64,000 nucleotides of DNA from Octopus vulgaris (GCA_951406725.2 OX597815.1:157728001-157792000); one strand, 5' to 3'; shown: positions 39,064 to 55,630, counted from the first letter of the stretch. Notes: generated by a model not told the origin, from the sequence alone. Program-made: numbers and translations.

Positions 39064-39204
39064 GAGTAAATATAAGGATAAGTAAGTTAGGCAAGTCGAT
39101 ATACAAAAAACATTAAATATTAAATTTAATATCAATTTTTTGTATATACTTTTATATTTTTTTGTATATCGATTTGCCTAACTTGCTTGTCCTTACATTT
39201 ACTC
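39064..39204. repeat. Imperfect inverted repeat (~47-bp arms)
   Basis: GAGTAAATATAAGGATAAGTAAGTTAGGCAAGTCGATATACAAAAAA vs TTTTTTGTATATCGATTTGCCTAACTTGCTTGTCCTTACATTTACTC. Confidence 0.7.
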
Positions 39205-39437
39205 CTCTACCTGATCAAGTTTAAATCACTTAAGCACTACGAAGTATATTCTATGCGGAGAAGATCTGCCTCCTATCTATAAACTAAACATATATATGTA
39301 TGCATGTATGTATGTATGTATGTATGTATGTATGTATGTATGTATGTATGTATGTATGTATGTATGTATGTATGTATGTATGTATGTATGATGTATGCAT
39401 GTATGTATTTGTGTGTATGTATGCATATGTGTATATA

Positions 39438-40719
39438 TCAGGTCATCCCATAAGTTCTGTCCGATTTTACCTTTTTAAAAATTGAATGCAATTTAATAGC
39501 ATTTTAGAATGTCTAATGGAATAAAAAAATATTTTTATGCATTTGTGTACATTTAAACTAATTAAATATTATTTTACACAATAATAGAATTAAAATTTCT
39601 TTGATTAAAACCCTTTCTAACATAGAAGTATCCAAAGAGCATTTAAGGTACATAATGCTTTATGAGTACAAAAAAGGAAACTCTGCAGCCAAAGTGACTC
39701 AAAACATGTACTCAGTTTATGGGAAAGAATGCTTGAATGAAAGAACTTGAAAGATGGTTTGCAAAATTCAGAAGTGGAGATTTAAGCCTTGAAGATGAAG
39801 ATCGAACAGGACGTCCAATTGAATTTGATGATAAGCTCCTTGATACATTACTTGAAGAAAATCCTCTATTATCAGTTGAAGAATTGGCAATAAAGCTTAG
39901 TTCAAACTGTTCATCGTCATCTTCAACAACTTGGAAAGGTTCCTAATCTTGGAAAATGGGTGCCTCATGAATTGTCCGAAAGCAACCGCAAATCCAGAGT
40001 TGACATCTGCTCTTCTCTCCATTCTCGCGAACTCGTTTCACCCTTTTTGGATAGACTTGTAACTGGTGACGAAAAATGGATCTTCTATCGAGATGTTAAG
40101 CATCGTAAACAGTGGCTTGGTAAAAGGGAAAAAGCTCAACCACAACCGAGAAGAGAACTTCATGGGAAAAAGGTTCTTCTCTTTATCTGATAGGATTGTA
40201 AAGGAGTAATTTACTTTGAATTATTACCACCTATTAATGCTCAAGTCTACTGCTCAAGTCTACTGTCAGCAATTAGAGCGTTTGAACCTAGCTTTGAAGA
40301 AAAAGGGATCCGCTTTAGTGAATCGAAGAGGAGTGATGTTACATCAGGACAATGTGCGACCTCACACTGCAAAGATCATATTACAGAAGATCGAAAAGCT
40401 TGGTTGGGAAAAAGTTCCTCATCTACCTTATTCTCCCGACCTTGCTCCTTCAGACTACTATTTGTTTCGTAGTTTACAGAATCATTTGGGGGACATAACT
40501 TTCGCAAGCCAGGAGGGGGTCGAAACTGACATTTCAGAGTTCTTTGCTTTGAAAACAAAAGAGTTTTACATTGATGGGATTAAAAAGCTCGTAAATAGAT
40601 GGAAGGAAGTAATAGATAATCAGGGAAAGTACATTGACGATGAAATTGCAATTAAATATTACAGTTGATCACTTGTTTTCTTTATTCAAAATTCGGACAG
40701 AACTTATGGGATGACCTGA
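39438..40719 (+). mobile_element. Full-length mariner (DD34D), 1282 bp, transposase pseudogene
   Basis: TA-flanked ITRs TCAGGTCATCCCATAAGTTCTGTCCGA; WFAKFRSGD, WVPHEL, TGDEKW, HQDNVRPH, YSPDLAPSDY; start codon lost, stops, frameshifts, 13-bp duplication at 40238-40263. Confidence 0.96.
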
Positions 40720-42439
40720 TATATATGTATGCATTGTGCGCGTATGTGTCTGCGTATGTACGACGCATCTATGTATATAGGAGCCATACACATGGATATG
40801 CATTTATTCATGTATACATCATCTTTGTGCGCAGCATACATTCATCATATATGTTAAAATCCTGTTCCAAAACCAATTTTCATAACATATTCAAACCAGT
40901 TGATGTCCGTGACATCAATATTATTGAATGTTATTTTCCATATATCTGTGTGTTTGTGTACATGTGCTTGTGTGTGTATGTGTGTATGTCTATGTTTGTG
41001 TATGCGTGTAGTATGTGTGCGTAGAGGCACGTGAACAGGCGTGTGAGTGTCTGAATATGACTGCCTGTGGGTATGCATGTTTGTACGTGTGTTGAAGCGT
41101 TCATGTGTGTTCCATTGTTAATTTCTCTTTAGCTCAGTATTTCTTGTTCTGAAAATTTCATTATTATTATTATGCTTTGTAGTTTTAAAAATAACGCATG
41201 CCATTTTTTCACGCTTTCTTTTCTCTCTTATATTTATCTATTTCCACACTTGAGTTTTCTTACATTAACATTTTTGAAGAGGGAAGTTCTATAGAAAATA
41301 TGATAATAGTGATGTGCAATGCCTCTGCTCTCGTACGCTTATTTTGTACAATTGACAAAACGTTTCTCTTGTAAGTCATTTTTTTCTTTCCTCATCTTTA
41401 ACACGCTTTGAATTTATATGCTGCATTTTTATCAGAGAAATAAGGCAGAATCTCTCAGATCAGCCAGGCAGAAGAATGGACAAAGCTGTATATATAATAT
41501 GTGTACTATATAAAATAATCACTGAATTCTCTTTCAGCTTTTTTTTTGCAAGTTTTCTATCGCGCGCAGTTAGTTGTAGATTGTGGGATACACTTGATCA
41601 CACGAGAGATAACTCGTGTGATCTAGTAGACTTTAAAAATGTATCTGTTTACTTCATTTATTTCTAAAATGGATATGAACATTGTTTATTGTGTGGGCAG
41701 TGCATGCGACAAGTTTTTTTTATATCGTAATTCTTGGTGGAAAGCTTGTGTACATAGTCTTTACCTGGCTCTGAAATCAAAATAGTTAACCTTGTTTTCT
41801 CTAAGTTGAAGATTATAGAGAAAATGCAAGGAAGCGGGGTTTTAAAAATTTCACTCTAAAGATGAAGGATTATGTGAAGCGTTTAGTACAAGATTTGATG
41901 TGAGTTATACAACAGGGAGTAAAGTATAGGTTTATAAATCGGTGGATATTTTTTGGCTTTTCTGATGGAAGTTGTTGTGATGTAATCAAAGATTTGTAGA
42001 CTGCTATCAGTTGTTCCAATCTGAAATGGAAACAAATTTCTCTCAGTATTTGCGATGGCAGATTGCAATCAACTTTTTCGTTTACCCCCACTTCCACTTT
42101 GCTACATGCTTTCCACTACTTTTCACATAACACTTTTAATTCTGCCTTGTAATATACTTGCCTGCCTTACGAACAAACAAGAAAATCTATATCCAAACTA
42201 TGAGAAATAGAAACCAAATCAAATCCCCCAAAGCACATTTAACTATCTTGAACAGATACTTTGGACAAAGTAGTTTCTTATACACAAAGGTATGAGATGT
42301 TTAATGGTTCATTTTCAATCATTGGTCGGCTCAATCAGAGCTGATAAGAGGCTAAAAAACAAGTCATATACCACCAGCCTTTTTATCCATTCTTATAATC
42401 GTTAGAGAAAACGTTACCATAGTCTTTTCAGTTCTTGAG

Positions 42440-42632
42440 ATTGTTATTGCATCAAGCGAAACATTTTGTGACATTTCTTCCGGTTCTTTGTGTTCTGAAT
42501 TCCAATCCTACCGAGGTACCTTTGTCCATTCCCCTGGAACCGATAAAATTAAGTACCAGTGAAGTAATGGGGTCGATGCAATCAACTGGCCCACATTCTC
42601 TCAAAATTACCGGCCTTGCTCTAAATAAGAAA
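42440..42632 (+). mobile_element. SINE A, old copy
   Basis: TTCTGAATTCCAATCC..CGATAAAATTAAGTACCAG..GGGGTCGATGCAATC. Confidence 0.6.
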
Positions 42633-43199
42633 CCTTACCCGCTATCGTTATATTTATTCCATTTCCTTATCAGCCTTAAATATTCAACTATTTATTATAT
42701 ACAATAATCCAGCCAACACGCCACAAAAACCATTACATCTATCTTGCGGTGTATTAGCCCAATGTTTTAAGTATATTTGTCACTAACAACGTCTCTGACT
42801 TCCAGCAGTTAAATGTTAACATTCTGTACACCCACCCAAAAATATGATGTCACTTCATATTTAAACTAGCGATAACCACATTAGGGTTTAGCTTGAAGCA
42901 TGAAACGTCATATCATATACCTGTTAATTTGATTGCGGCTAATATACACGGTAAAGTAACGGCCTCTATCTAAGGCAATGTGTGTATAAGTGTCATTGTG
43001 TGAATTTGTGTGTACTCTTGGTTGTAATGATGTATATACTTATATGTGTGTATGTGTTCGTATTTATGTATACATATATATGGTTATGTGTTTATGTGTA
43101 GACATAAATATATTCAAACATTTTATTCGTGAACACTAAGGTGTTTCTATTTATGCTTCTGCCTATGTTATTTACCTTACTGAATTCACACACACATAA

Positions 43200-43234
<35 letters not shown>

Positions 43235-43248
43235 CACAGACACACACA

Positions 43249-43294
<46 letters not shown>

Positions 43295-43631
43295 CACATA
43301 TATAAATGTGTACGTATGTATGTATGTATGTATGAATGTATGTAAAGTATGTATGTATGCATGCATGCATGTATGTATATGTACGTATGAATGTGTGTGA
43401 GTGCGCGTATGTGATTTGGTGTAGAAACTAATATACGTTTTTGACTATGTAGCAATATTTGCATATTGGCATATGTATGGATGTATGTAATTTTGTGTGT
43501 ATAATATTTATTTTACATAAAGCGTCAAGATACATAATTGCATCAGCGTTTGTATATACAAATGAGCATGCGAAAAGTGTATTATAGATAACATGGTAGA
43601 TATTTGTACAAATGTATGTACACATGAATGT

Positions 43632-43723
<92 letters not shown>

Positions 43724-43897
43724 CATATATATATGTGTGTATACAAACATGCATACACACATACATATATATATGTATGTATGTATGTATGTATACATAC
43801 ATATACTCATGTATATATATACTCATGTATATATATATATATATATATGATGAATGTACTTATGCATATATATATATACATACATACATACATATGT

Positions 43898-43952
<55 letters not shown>

Positions 43953-44037
43953 GGTACAGATATATAATTTACTTTTCCGTTAAGGTAAGATCAACCAAAA
44001 ATGTACACCATCGAGTGAGAGCTAAAAATCATTTACT

Positions 44038-44415
44038 GTGCACAGTATAAAGATACGAGCTACAAATAATTACTTGCTTTGGAGACACGGATTCTATGTA
44101 GATTTTTATAACACGCCTTGTGTCTCCAAGCAATCATCAGGCTCTGAGCACATGGCCTATCCTATTTGCAAACTAGGACACTGGTAAAAGAGAAATCACT
44201 AGAGAAAATGAGAAGGTAAAGAGAAGGTAGACTCTTGTACTTCCTTCTCGTTTTTTTCTTGTGATTTCTCCTGCACTAGCGTCCTGATTTTCAAATACAA
44301 CAGGTCATGTGTTCAGAGCCCTATGATTGCTTGGAGACACAAGGCGTGTTATTAAATCCTAGAGCTATGTCTTCAAAGAAAAAACTAATAGTAGTTCGTG
44401 CCTTTATACTGTGTA
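44038..44415. mobile_element. Old fold-back element (~185-bp diverged arms) with degenerate hammerhead-like core
   Basis: ATAACACGCCTTGTGTCTCCAAGCAATCAT / ATGATTGCTTGGAGACACAAGGCGTGTTAT; minus-strand CTGATGA at ~44136-44142. Confidence 0.65.
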
Positions 44416-44456
44416 TGTGTGTACATTAAATGATATATATGTTTTTTATGTATATA

Positions 44457-44600
44457 CTAGCAGCTAAGCCCGGTTTCACCCGGTCGGTTTGGATGATGTG
44501 GCTGTAAAACCTACTCTGTGTAAGCTTTCGACTTGTTTGGGTACGCTTACGTTAAAAAACAATTTTAGAATTACTTTTTTCTGTCAAAACGCTAAAATTA
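44457..44600 (-). mobile_element. Helitron 3' end
   Basis: ACTAG with subterminal CCCGGTTTCACCCGG hairpin; 5' end not located. Confidence 0.5.
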
Positions 44601-45530
44601 ACTGACCAGCAAAAAAAAAAAAACAACCAAAATTCAACCAATCCAAAAATACACAAATACTAAGCGAACAAAGATGAACCATCCCACTTCCATTGCGCGT
44701 GCACGCACACATACACACACACACACACATGTACACACATACACACACATGTACACACATACACACACACTCACATACCAGCTTTTTACACGCACACACA
44801 TATATTCACACAGAGTTGAAACGCTCACCCCTTCCTTCCTTATTCATCTATCACTCCTTCCTTTCTCATTCATAAACACAAGAGTATTATTGTAGTAGAT
44901 TATCTCAGTAACCATAAGAGCTATGCAAAAATATGACATCACCTCTCCTTATTCATCTACCACCTCTTCCTTTCTCATTCATAAACACAAGAGTAGATTA
45001 TCTTGGTAACCATGGGAGCTATGAAAAATGCAAAGCCCAGCATCACCACTGGATGATTCTATACATCTCTGTAATTTTTCGCGCAATTCCACCCAACGGT
45101 TTGACTGTGAATCCCAAGACAAGAAAGAATCACCCATGTCAAATATATATGTATAGATGTGTATGTGTGTTTGTGTGTATGTGTGTGTATGTGTGTGTGT
45201 CTAGTATCGATTCCTCATGGGTGGGACACTCAACAACTGGCTTAGGAGCGTCCGACGGTGCAGATGTATTTCGTCGGATGATAAATAAATACAACTCGAT
45301 AAAATAACTGTTCCGCAATGTAACTTCCCGTTTCGTAGAGAGAAAAGCAGCCAGACGGAAAAAAAAAACTTCATTTATATAGAAGATCAAAGATATAAAT
45401 CACAGATGCTCCTGAACTAGTATTTCTATGTCCCACCCATGAGGAATCGATGCTCGATGTGTCGAAACAATTGTCGTGATTAATAATAAATTCTCGTATA
45501 TTCCATCTTGTCTTTCATTTACCACACACG

Positions 45531-45611
<81 letters not shown>

Positions 45612-45614
45612 TCA

Positions 45615-46355
45615 GGCGTGGTTCTAGGTGCTTGTTTCTCAACCACATGGTTCCGGGCTCAGTTGCACTAGGTGCTACCTGTAGCAAGTGTCTTCTAGTA
45701 TAGCTTCGTGAGTGAACTTGGTTGATGGAAACTGAAAGACGTCTGTATATATTTATGTGTGCTAGTCTTTGTGTTTTTGTTTGTCCGTGCTACCATCGCT
45801 TGACAACCGATGTCGGTGTGTTTACGTCCCCGTAACTTAGCGGTTCGGCAGAAGAGACTGATAGGATAAGTACTAGACTTACAAATGTCCTGGGGTCGAT
45901 TTCTTCGATTAAAATTCCTTTAATGCGGTGCTTCAGCATGGACGCAATCAAATGACTGAGACAAGTAAAAGAATAAAATAACAAAAGAAGTGGCTGTGTA
46001 GTAAGTAACTTGCTAACCAAACTCATGGTTCCGGGTTCAGTCCCACTGCGTGGCATCTTGGGCAAGTGTCTTGTACTATAGCCTCGGGCCGACCAATGCC
46101 CTGTGAGTGGATTTGGTAGACGGAAACTGAAAGAAGTCTGTCGTATATATGTATATATATATATGTGTGTATGTTTGAGTGTCTGTGTTTGTCCCCCTAG
46201 CATTGCTTGACAACCGATGCTGGTGTGTTTACGTCCCCGTCACTTAGCGGTTCGGCAAAAAGAGACCGATAGAATAAGTACTGGGCTTACAAAGAATAAG
46301 TCTCGGCGGTGCTCCAGCATGGCCGCAGTCAAATGACTGAAAGAAGTAAAATAAA
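45615..46355 (+). mobile_element. Two tandem SINE B copies (~45615-45980 older, ~45985-46355 younger)
   Basis: Two successive heads and two CAGCATGG..CAAATGACTGA tails. Confidence 0.88.
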
Positions 46356-46886
46356 AAAAAAAATAAATAAATATAAGTATGTGTGTATGTGTGTGTGTAA
46401 GAAGTAAGATGAGGATTCCGATAGAATCGAGTACTTGAAAAAGCATGCACCAGGTAGGGTTGGGAAATGCGCTGTGGTTCTGGTTCGAAATATCAGATAT
46501 AATATTTCGGTTGCGTACTCAGAGTACGTGAGTATTTAGAGCCGAAGAAGCTGGTCCAAATTACGCGTTACTTTGTTGGTATACACTAGGGTGTGCGACA
46601 AGTAAATTCTCTTGGTGTATTATAATCAAATGAATAATAACAATTGTCAACTCATTACAGCAGTATCTTACGTAACATTTTGATAGAAGAATCATGACAA
46701 TACATTATCATAAAAGACCGCAAACATCAGATGAGAAGTAATTTCACAAAACAAAAGAATATCCAAGAATACAGCAGGGATATGTCTGCCGAGGCCAACT
46801 ATAATGATGTAATGTTCTCATTCTTCTGTTAAGAAGTTACCTAACAAACAGCTTTAATGAGCTGATAATTATCCAGCGTATGCAAG

Positions 46887-46953
<67 letters not shown>

Positions 46954-47110
46954 CCTTAATATTTTATATTCAGTATTTCATCTATTCAATAGGACAATCA
47001 ATACTTCATTTCATTTTACTATATATATTATTTATATTATATATATTCTATATTCTACATTAATACTTGGAAACGGGTGCGTGACGTTCAATCATATAAT
47101 AATATAAATA

Positions 47111-47150
<40 letters not shown>

Positions 47151-48484
47151 ATGCACATACGGGTACAGGACGTCACAAAACGTAAACAACACGAAATGCA
47201 AAATATGAAAACATGATATACATAAATTTACATTTAAAACACAAGTATATATACGTATGCTGGTATATATGTATACATATATACACACGACATGCCTAAG
47301 TATAAAGTAATTTTCACTCAGTCACAACAAACATTTCATAGAATTTCGGTATAATCTATGCCGATAAGGGTTACCCTTTTATTCGTTCTTTTGGCCGCTT
47401 TATATTTACTTTACATCTACCGTGATTTTTCCAATCACTATAGTTTTAGGCTTATGTCCTGCTTACCCTTCAAATCTCGATTTACTTCATACATGTACAT
47501 CTGTTGGCGTACTATGTATCAGAGAGATGTTTCCGTTTGCAAGGCATGTTATCTGAGAAGACTTTACGACAGTTGATTGCGGTGATTAATGCCATAGAAT
47601 GTTGGGAAAATTATAAAAGTTATGCATCACATTGGGGTTTGGAAAAGAGGTAATTAACGGACACCATAAAATAGATCGGTTTCAATCAGTAATAACCTTG
47701 TACAAAGAGTGCAGGAATTGGGGCTTGGGGAATTTCAAGTATGTAATATTCAAGATTTACTAAATGCTGATTACGAGGCACTAACCTATGAAGATCTTAA
47801 GAGTTAGCAGATCGCCAAGTTTCTCGGTTAGAAAATAAAGATGCTTCCAAAATTCGATTTTAACAATAGAGATCTAATATATTTTAACGCATTTGTGAAA
47901 TAGCCTGTGCTTTACAACGACTTTCAAAACCCAATCTAAATATTGAGCGAAGCATGAATGTTGGAGGATCTATGGTAGTAGTGCTGAATAGGGAAGAATG
48001 AGAGGCTCAGAGGAAGAAAGCAAAGAAGTAAGCGCTTGATTCTCAATTTTTCTCCATAAAAATATAAGATTAGCAGAACCAGCAGTGCCGCGTATATTCT
48101 ATATTGCTTCGTGTTTTTGACTTGTTGCAAAAACTAAAAAAGCTTGCATATTTTGTGTGTGTGTTCGTGTGTGTGTGCGCGCCCGCAGATTTATGTGTGT
48201 GTATGAGTGTAAGAAATAAAAAGAAATAGTGTGTGTATGAGTGTATTGCGTGCATGTGTGTATGCGCGCGCGTATTTATTTATTTATTTATATAATTTCG
48301 TTCACAGGATTGGACCATATATATGCATAATTTATTTTCAGTTAAATTACATATATTTTGTTCAAAGGACATTTTTCTGTATATAATTGAGCATTGTAAC
48401 ACATAATAATTTTGAATAAGAACGTATTTCTTTCAGTAATTAAAGAAGTATACCTCATTCCTCTAATAACAAATTTCTGTTGAT

Positions 48485-48537
<53 letters not shown>

Positions 48538-49093
48538 GAGTGAGAGAGCAGTGCATGCCATCAAAGTGACACTGGGGTAAAATATACGAAGCCCAGTATA
48601 CCCATCATAACTACCCGTCTGATAAGGGTACACTAGGCACATGCATCACAACCATATGTGCGCGACATGGTGATCCCATATCAAAATAAACAGCACATGA
48701 CCTTGCAGGTAGGGCCCAGTTAGAATTTTCTTCAGGTCGAGTAACCCATCCCACTCGAAAGGTCCCTGAATAAGGGTTGTTTAAAGATGTTGAACGAAAC
48801 ACCCATGTTTCCAGAGGTGAATTATTCAAACCCCAAAGAATCCCTCTCAACACATGGCTATGATGCTCCCCCACTACTTCTGCTCGTGATCAGAGATACA
48901 CGTATCGTCAGCCACTAAGGGACATGCTCAACTGGTTAAAGTCAAACAACTGACAAGCAAATCTGTGGTATTGAGCAGAATATTTGCTGTAGCCCATCTT
49001 TTATACCAAGACAAAACAATGTACATGATAACACTTCCAATCAGTTAAGATCAGAAGCCATGAGAGCCACCGCCTGGTACTGCATCAGGGCAC
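48538..49093 (-). mobile_element. ~556-bp non-coding insert bounded on both sides by (ATT)n
   Basis: Sharp compositional boundaries with (ATT)n at 48487-48537 and 49094-49149; no convincing ORF; strand assumed from the neighbouring LINE. Confidence 0.55.
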
Positions 49094-49149
49094 TTATTAT
49101 TATTATCATTATTATTATTATCATTATTATTATTATTATTATTATTATT

Positions 49150-50943
<1,794 letters not shown>

Positions 50944-51813
50944 TAACAATAATAACAATAATAATAGCACTACACAGTGATAGAATAAATTGAAATGTAA
51001 GGTAAACATACGAGTATGTATTTTTTTTGTAGACTTATATTTTAGCCTCGCTATATATTTACTAAAAAATACAAACTTTCTTTACATTTCTAATTATCCT
51101 TTCCACGTGTAATGCTTCTAATATTTAATTCACATTGCCAAAGGGCGTTCTGTTTTGCAAATTGAGGCAAACCGATGTTTGCATTTACTATAAATAGTTA
51201 TCAGTAAATATTCTCTCCGTAGTCAGGAAACATGTTTTCTATCTTTGATATGGCGGTAATATTGAAACTAGTCAATCGATCTATTTTTCTGGCTACAAGG
51301 ATATTTCTGTGGTTTACCCGCAGACTTCGCGTTGCACAATGAGGCTAAAGCCGTACGTTTGGACCCTTGATACTGTGTCGACTGAGTTTCTCGCAGATAC
51401 GCCACTAGCAGGGGTAACATTAGCTTGTTAGTTTAAGTATTCTAATTTTGACGATCAAAGTTGTGATGCCGCTTTGGTGCGGTGATTTGCACACAAATAT
51501 GGTTTAGAGCTGATACGTAGGCACCATTACATCTATTTTTCATTCTCTCTCTTTCTTACACACACACATACACATACTCACATATATATTATACGTACAT
51601 ACAAACATACATGCATATATAATATTTAGATATGCAACTATCTGCATGATAAAACATACATAAATCAAAACTACCCTGTTGTTGATGTTGAAATTCCAAT
51701 GAAGGAATCTTGAATCAAAACTGAACAATGACATACATACATACATACATACATACATACATACATACATACATACATACATACATACATACAAACATAC
51801 ATACATACATACA

Positions 51814-51886
<73 letters not shown>

Positions 51887-51907
51887 GCATACATTTACAC
51901 ATTCATA

Positions 51908-51943
<36 letters not shown>

Positions 51944-51949
51944 TGTATG

Positions 51950-52023
<74 letters not shown>

Positions 52024-52436
52024 TATATATATATATACACACATATATATATATATATATATAAATATATATATATATACATATATATGTACATACATAT
52101 ATATATGCATGTACATAGTTATATCATATATATTTATTTGGAGTGAACGAAGGTACCGTATCTATGATTCTAGACCCAACAAAACCCTGGAATCAATATG
52201 TGTTAGGTCTTTTTTGAAACTGTGCGAGTCTGTGACTACAGAGGAAAAGGAGATTCTCAGAAGAAAGAACTTCTGGGGACGTAGGATTGGGTTACATGCA
52301 TTCACATATGTATGAACATATATATGCGCAAATGTGACTGTCTTGCTACTAGGTTTGAGGTTTTCTGTTTCTCATTTCTAGAGAAAATGTTTAATTATAA
52401 CCAGAACATAATACACGCACACACACTCACATACAT

Positions 52437-52646
52437 GTTAGTTAGTTAATTTTGGCTCAAAAAGCAAAAAGCAAGGCCATGTAGGGGGACATGGAGTTAT
52501 GTACAGGGCGGTGTTCATGTAAAGAGTTCAGGCCACTTGAGGTCAAGGGAGACTTTGAACCGAGCGGTCGTCGGCATCTTCACCTTCTCGTCTGGCAGCT
52601 TATTCCACGGATCCGCAACCCGGACGGAGAAAGCCCCTCTCCTTCG
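52437..52646 (-). mobile_element. CR1-like LINE extreme 3' fragment
   Basis: RRRGAFSVRVADPWNKLPDEKVKMPTTARFKVSLD; short 3' UTR ending in (TAAC)n. Confidence 0.8.
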
Positions 52647-52671
52647 ATGTATATATATATATATATGCATA

Positions 52672-52840
52672 TGTACGACGGGCTTCTTTCAGTTTCTGTC
52701 TACCAAAAATCCACTCACAAGGCTTTGGTCGGCCCGAGGCTATAGCAGAAGACAGTTGCCCAAGATGCCACGCAGTGGGACTGAACCCGGAACCATGTGG
52801 TTGGTAAGCAAGCTACTTACCACAGAGCCACTCCTACGCC
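52672..52840 (-). mobile_element. SINE B 5' half
   Basis: Reverse complement of the family B head through GAAAGAAGCCCGTCG. Confidence 0.88.
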
Positions 52841-53205
52841 TCTTGGGTACAAAAAAAAAGATCGTACAAGAATAGTGTGGGAAATATAAAACAAATAGTA
52901 TTTTGGTGTCTTATGAAAAACGACAAGCTTGTCTTGCAAATTTTGCAATTGTCGATGAAGAACCTTTATAATGCTATCAATTCATCTATGAAGAACATAA
53001 TAACACAGTAGATAACAAAGTATAAGCACAACAATAAATTTCTGTCGTGGTAACTACAGGTTCACATCGACAAATAACAACAAATATTGATAACAATAAA
53101 AGCTGTATTCACTATATAAGTTGGTGTCAGAGACAACGCAGTGACAACAGATACAAATTACTAATTGTACGAAGTCTTAATTGTTTAAAAAGAGAGATTT
53201 TATCA

Positions 53206-53415
53206 GTTTACTCTTTTACTTTTTTATTTGTTTCAGTCATTTGACTGCGGTCATGCTAGAGTACCGCGTTTAGTCGAGCAAATCGACCCCAGGACTTATT
53301 CTTTGCAAGCCTAGTACTTATTCTATCAGCCTCTTTTGCTGAACCGCTAAGTTACGGGGACGTAAACACACCAGCATCGGTTGTCAAGCAATGCTAGGGG
53401 ACAAACACAGACACA

Positions 53416-53483
<68 letters not shown>

Positions 53484-53708
53484 CACACATAATTTCGGCA
53501 TATTTGGCATTAGAATTTTTCTTTTGCCCTTATTTTATATATATATACACATCTATACCAGGCTTCTTTCAGTTTCCGTCTACCAAATCCTCTCACAAGA
53601 CTTTGGTCGGCCCGAGGTTATAGTAGAAGACACTTGCCCAAGGTGCCACACAGTGGGACTGAACCCGGAACCATGTCTCTGGTAAGCAAGCTACTTACCA
53701 CACAGCCG
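53206..53708 (-). mobile_element. SINE B, near full length with expanded internal (CA)n
   Basis: Both halves match 11055-11463. Confidence 0.88.
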
Positions 53709-55095
53709 TTCCGAGGAATGATTATCTATTAATTATGGGGAGAAGTGGAGAGGGAAAAATATATAATGTAAGATAAGGAGGGAAGTTGGACAGTGTATGT
53801 AGGCAGGTAGGTGGATGTGTAAGTAGGTGGTTGGGTATATGATAAAGAAAAGGTAAATTAGAGAGAGAAATAGAGAGAGAGAGAGAGAGAGAGTGTGTGT
53901 GTGTGTGTGTGTGTGTGAGTGGTAGTTATTGAGGAGAAAGAGATGGAAGAGGAGGAAAAAAGAGACTAAATTAATGCATTAAACAAAGAGGACAGTCTTT
54001 TATTAGTAATTTCCGCCTAACTTATTTGTCATATTCACACACATACACATGGACGTGTATAAACGCCATCTTTATTACTGCATACTTCAATTAAAAGTTT
54101 TATAAGAATGTCTTGTTAACAATAATAACGTCTTGTTAATAATAAGAATGTCTTGTTAACAATCGTTAACAACTTTGTTGTTCAATCAACAACAGCTCAT
54201 CACATTAATAAATACAAAACAAGACCAAGAGAACATCTACTCTGATCAAAATAGATTTCTTACCAGCCATATTTAATCATTTGGCAGTTTTCTTCATCGT
54301 GATAGTGGATATATTTTTTCTTTAGCATTCTCTCTTCTTTCTCTCTCTCTCTCAATTCCCCCCTCTGTCTTTCTGTCACTTTCCATCCTCCCCCTCTCTC
54401 CTTCACTGTTTTTATTATTTTCATTTTGTTTTTTTGTCTTTTTTTTGCTTTTACTGTTGGTAGTTACATCAAAAAGGTTGATGAAAACGTACAAATCACA
54501 TTACTGGACTAAATGTATATTCAATTAGTTTCCTTTGGGTTCAAATAGAACCGGGCTCGACTCTGACTTCCTTCCCTCCAAAGTTGATTATTACCAGTGA
54601 TGTACAGATAGCAAGTTGGACAAGATGATGTTTACATCATCTTAAATGTGTGGAACACCATCTTTAATGAAATCTATTTATATATTTTTCAATCATATAT
54701 CTACACGGAAAGCCGGATTTGCGACTCAGTTTCGTATTCCCAATCTTTGCACCTTCCTCTCTGTTAATGACATTACACACCTCTCACTGACAATGTCATT
54801 TTTGAATTGGGATAATGTATTTATTGAAATGAAGCTCTTGCAAAATCGAAAACACTGTGTTGGCAGTACTATAGTTGGTTATTTTAATTCTAGTAGTGCC
54901 GCCAATGTTTCATGGAGTTGGCATATTTTATTTAGAATGCATTCTTTAAATTACAGTGGTAAAAAATTGTATCTTTTGTACTTCACAAATGGACTTATTA
55001 AAGTCTTTGTTAATTGGACTTATTAAAATCTAATCATTTCATAGCGTTTAACCCATCTGTTTTCAACAGTGAAATTAAATCGCAGTATAACTGAT

Positions 55096-55630
55096 AGGAT
55101 CTTTTCAGTTTGAACGGCAGTTTTTAACATAATTTCTAGGTAACTAAAAAATTTTAAACTTCGTATACTGGTAGAATGTGTTTATAAAACATCTTTTTCT
55201 CTTAGTTTTATTGAGAAAATTCTATAGTTTGTACGATATTTGTTGTTTTTTTTCTTCAATTTCTGCAATTTCAACCAATCAGTGACGTCTATTGAGTTAA
55301 AAAGCATTCTGAGTCGTATGAATATGTTCCTCGTTTAAGAAACAGATTGGGTTTATTTACATTTGTGAAGAAAAACAGATACCCTTCTCCCCACCCATAA
55401 CCCTAACCCTAACTAACCCCAACTAACCCTAACCCTAAAACATATTGAAATGCAATAGCTCGATACTAGGGTCATAATTATGGGTGACAATTTCATATGA
55501 CACCGCTAACCCTAACTCTAACCGTAAAAGAGATTGAAATGCAATAGATCGATTCTAGGGTCCTAATTATGGGTGACAATTTCATATGACACCGCTAGAA
55601 AAAACTGCCGTTCAAACCGAAAAGATTCCT
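55096..55630. mobile_element. Non-autonomous TIR element (~535 bp) with internal TAACCC repeats and an ~85-bp tandem duplication
   Basis: TIRs ATCTTTTCAGTTTGAACGGCAGTTTTT / AAAAACTGCCGTTCAAACCGAAAAGAT; TAACCC runs 55398-55438; duplicated ATTGAAATGCAATAG..GACACCGCTA. Confidence 0.8.

Noticed and set aside
52140-52295. Non-repetitive tail of the 195-aa ORF
   Set aside because: Short and unrecognised; ORF length comes from the microsatellite
54600-55030. 126-aa ORF or hAT remnant (RWCST on minus strand)
   Set aside because: No coherent domain; the motif could be chance
55398-55438. True telomere or chromosome-fusion scar
   Set aside because: Only a few degenerate TAACCC units, internal to a TIR element
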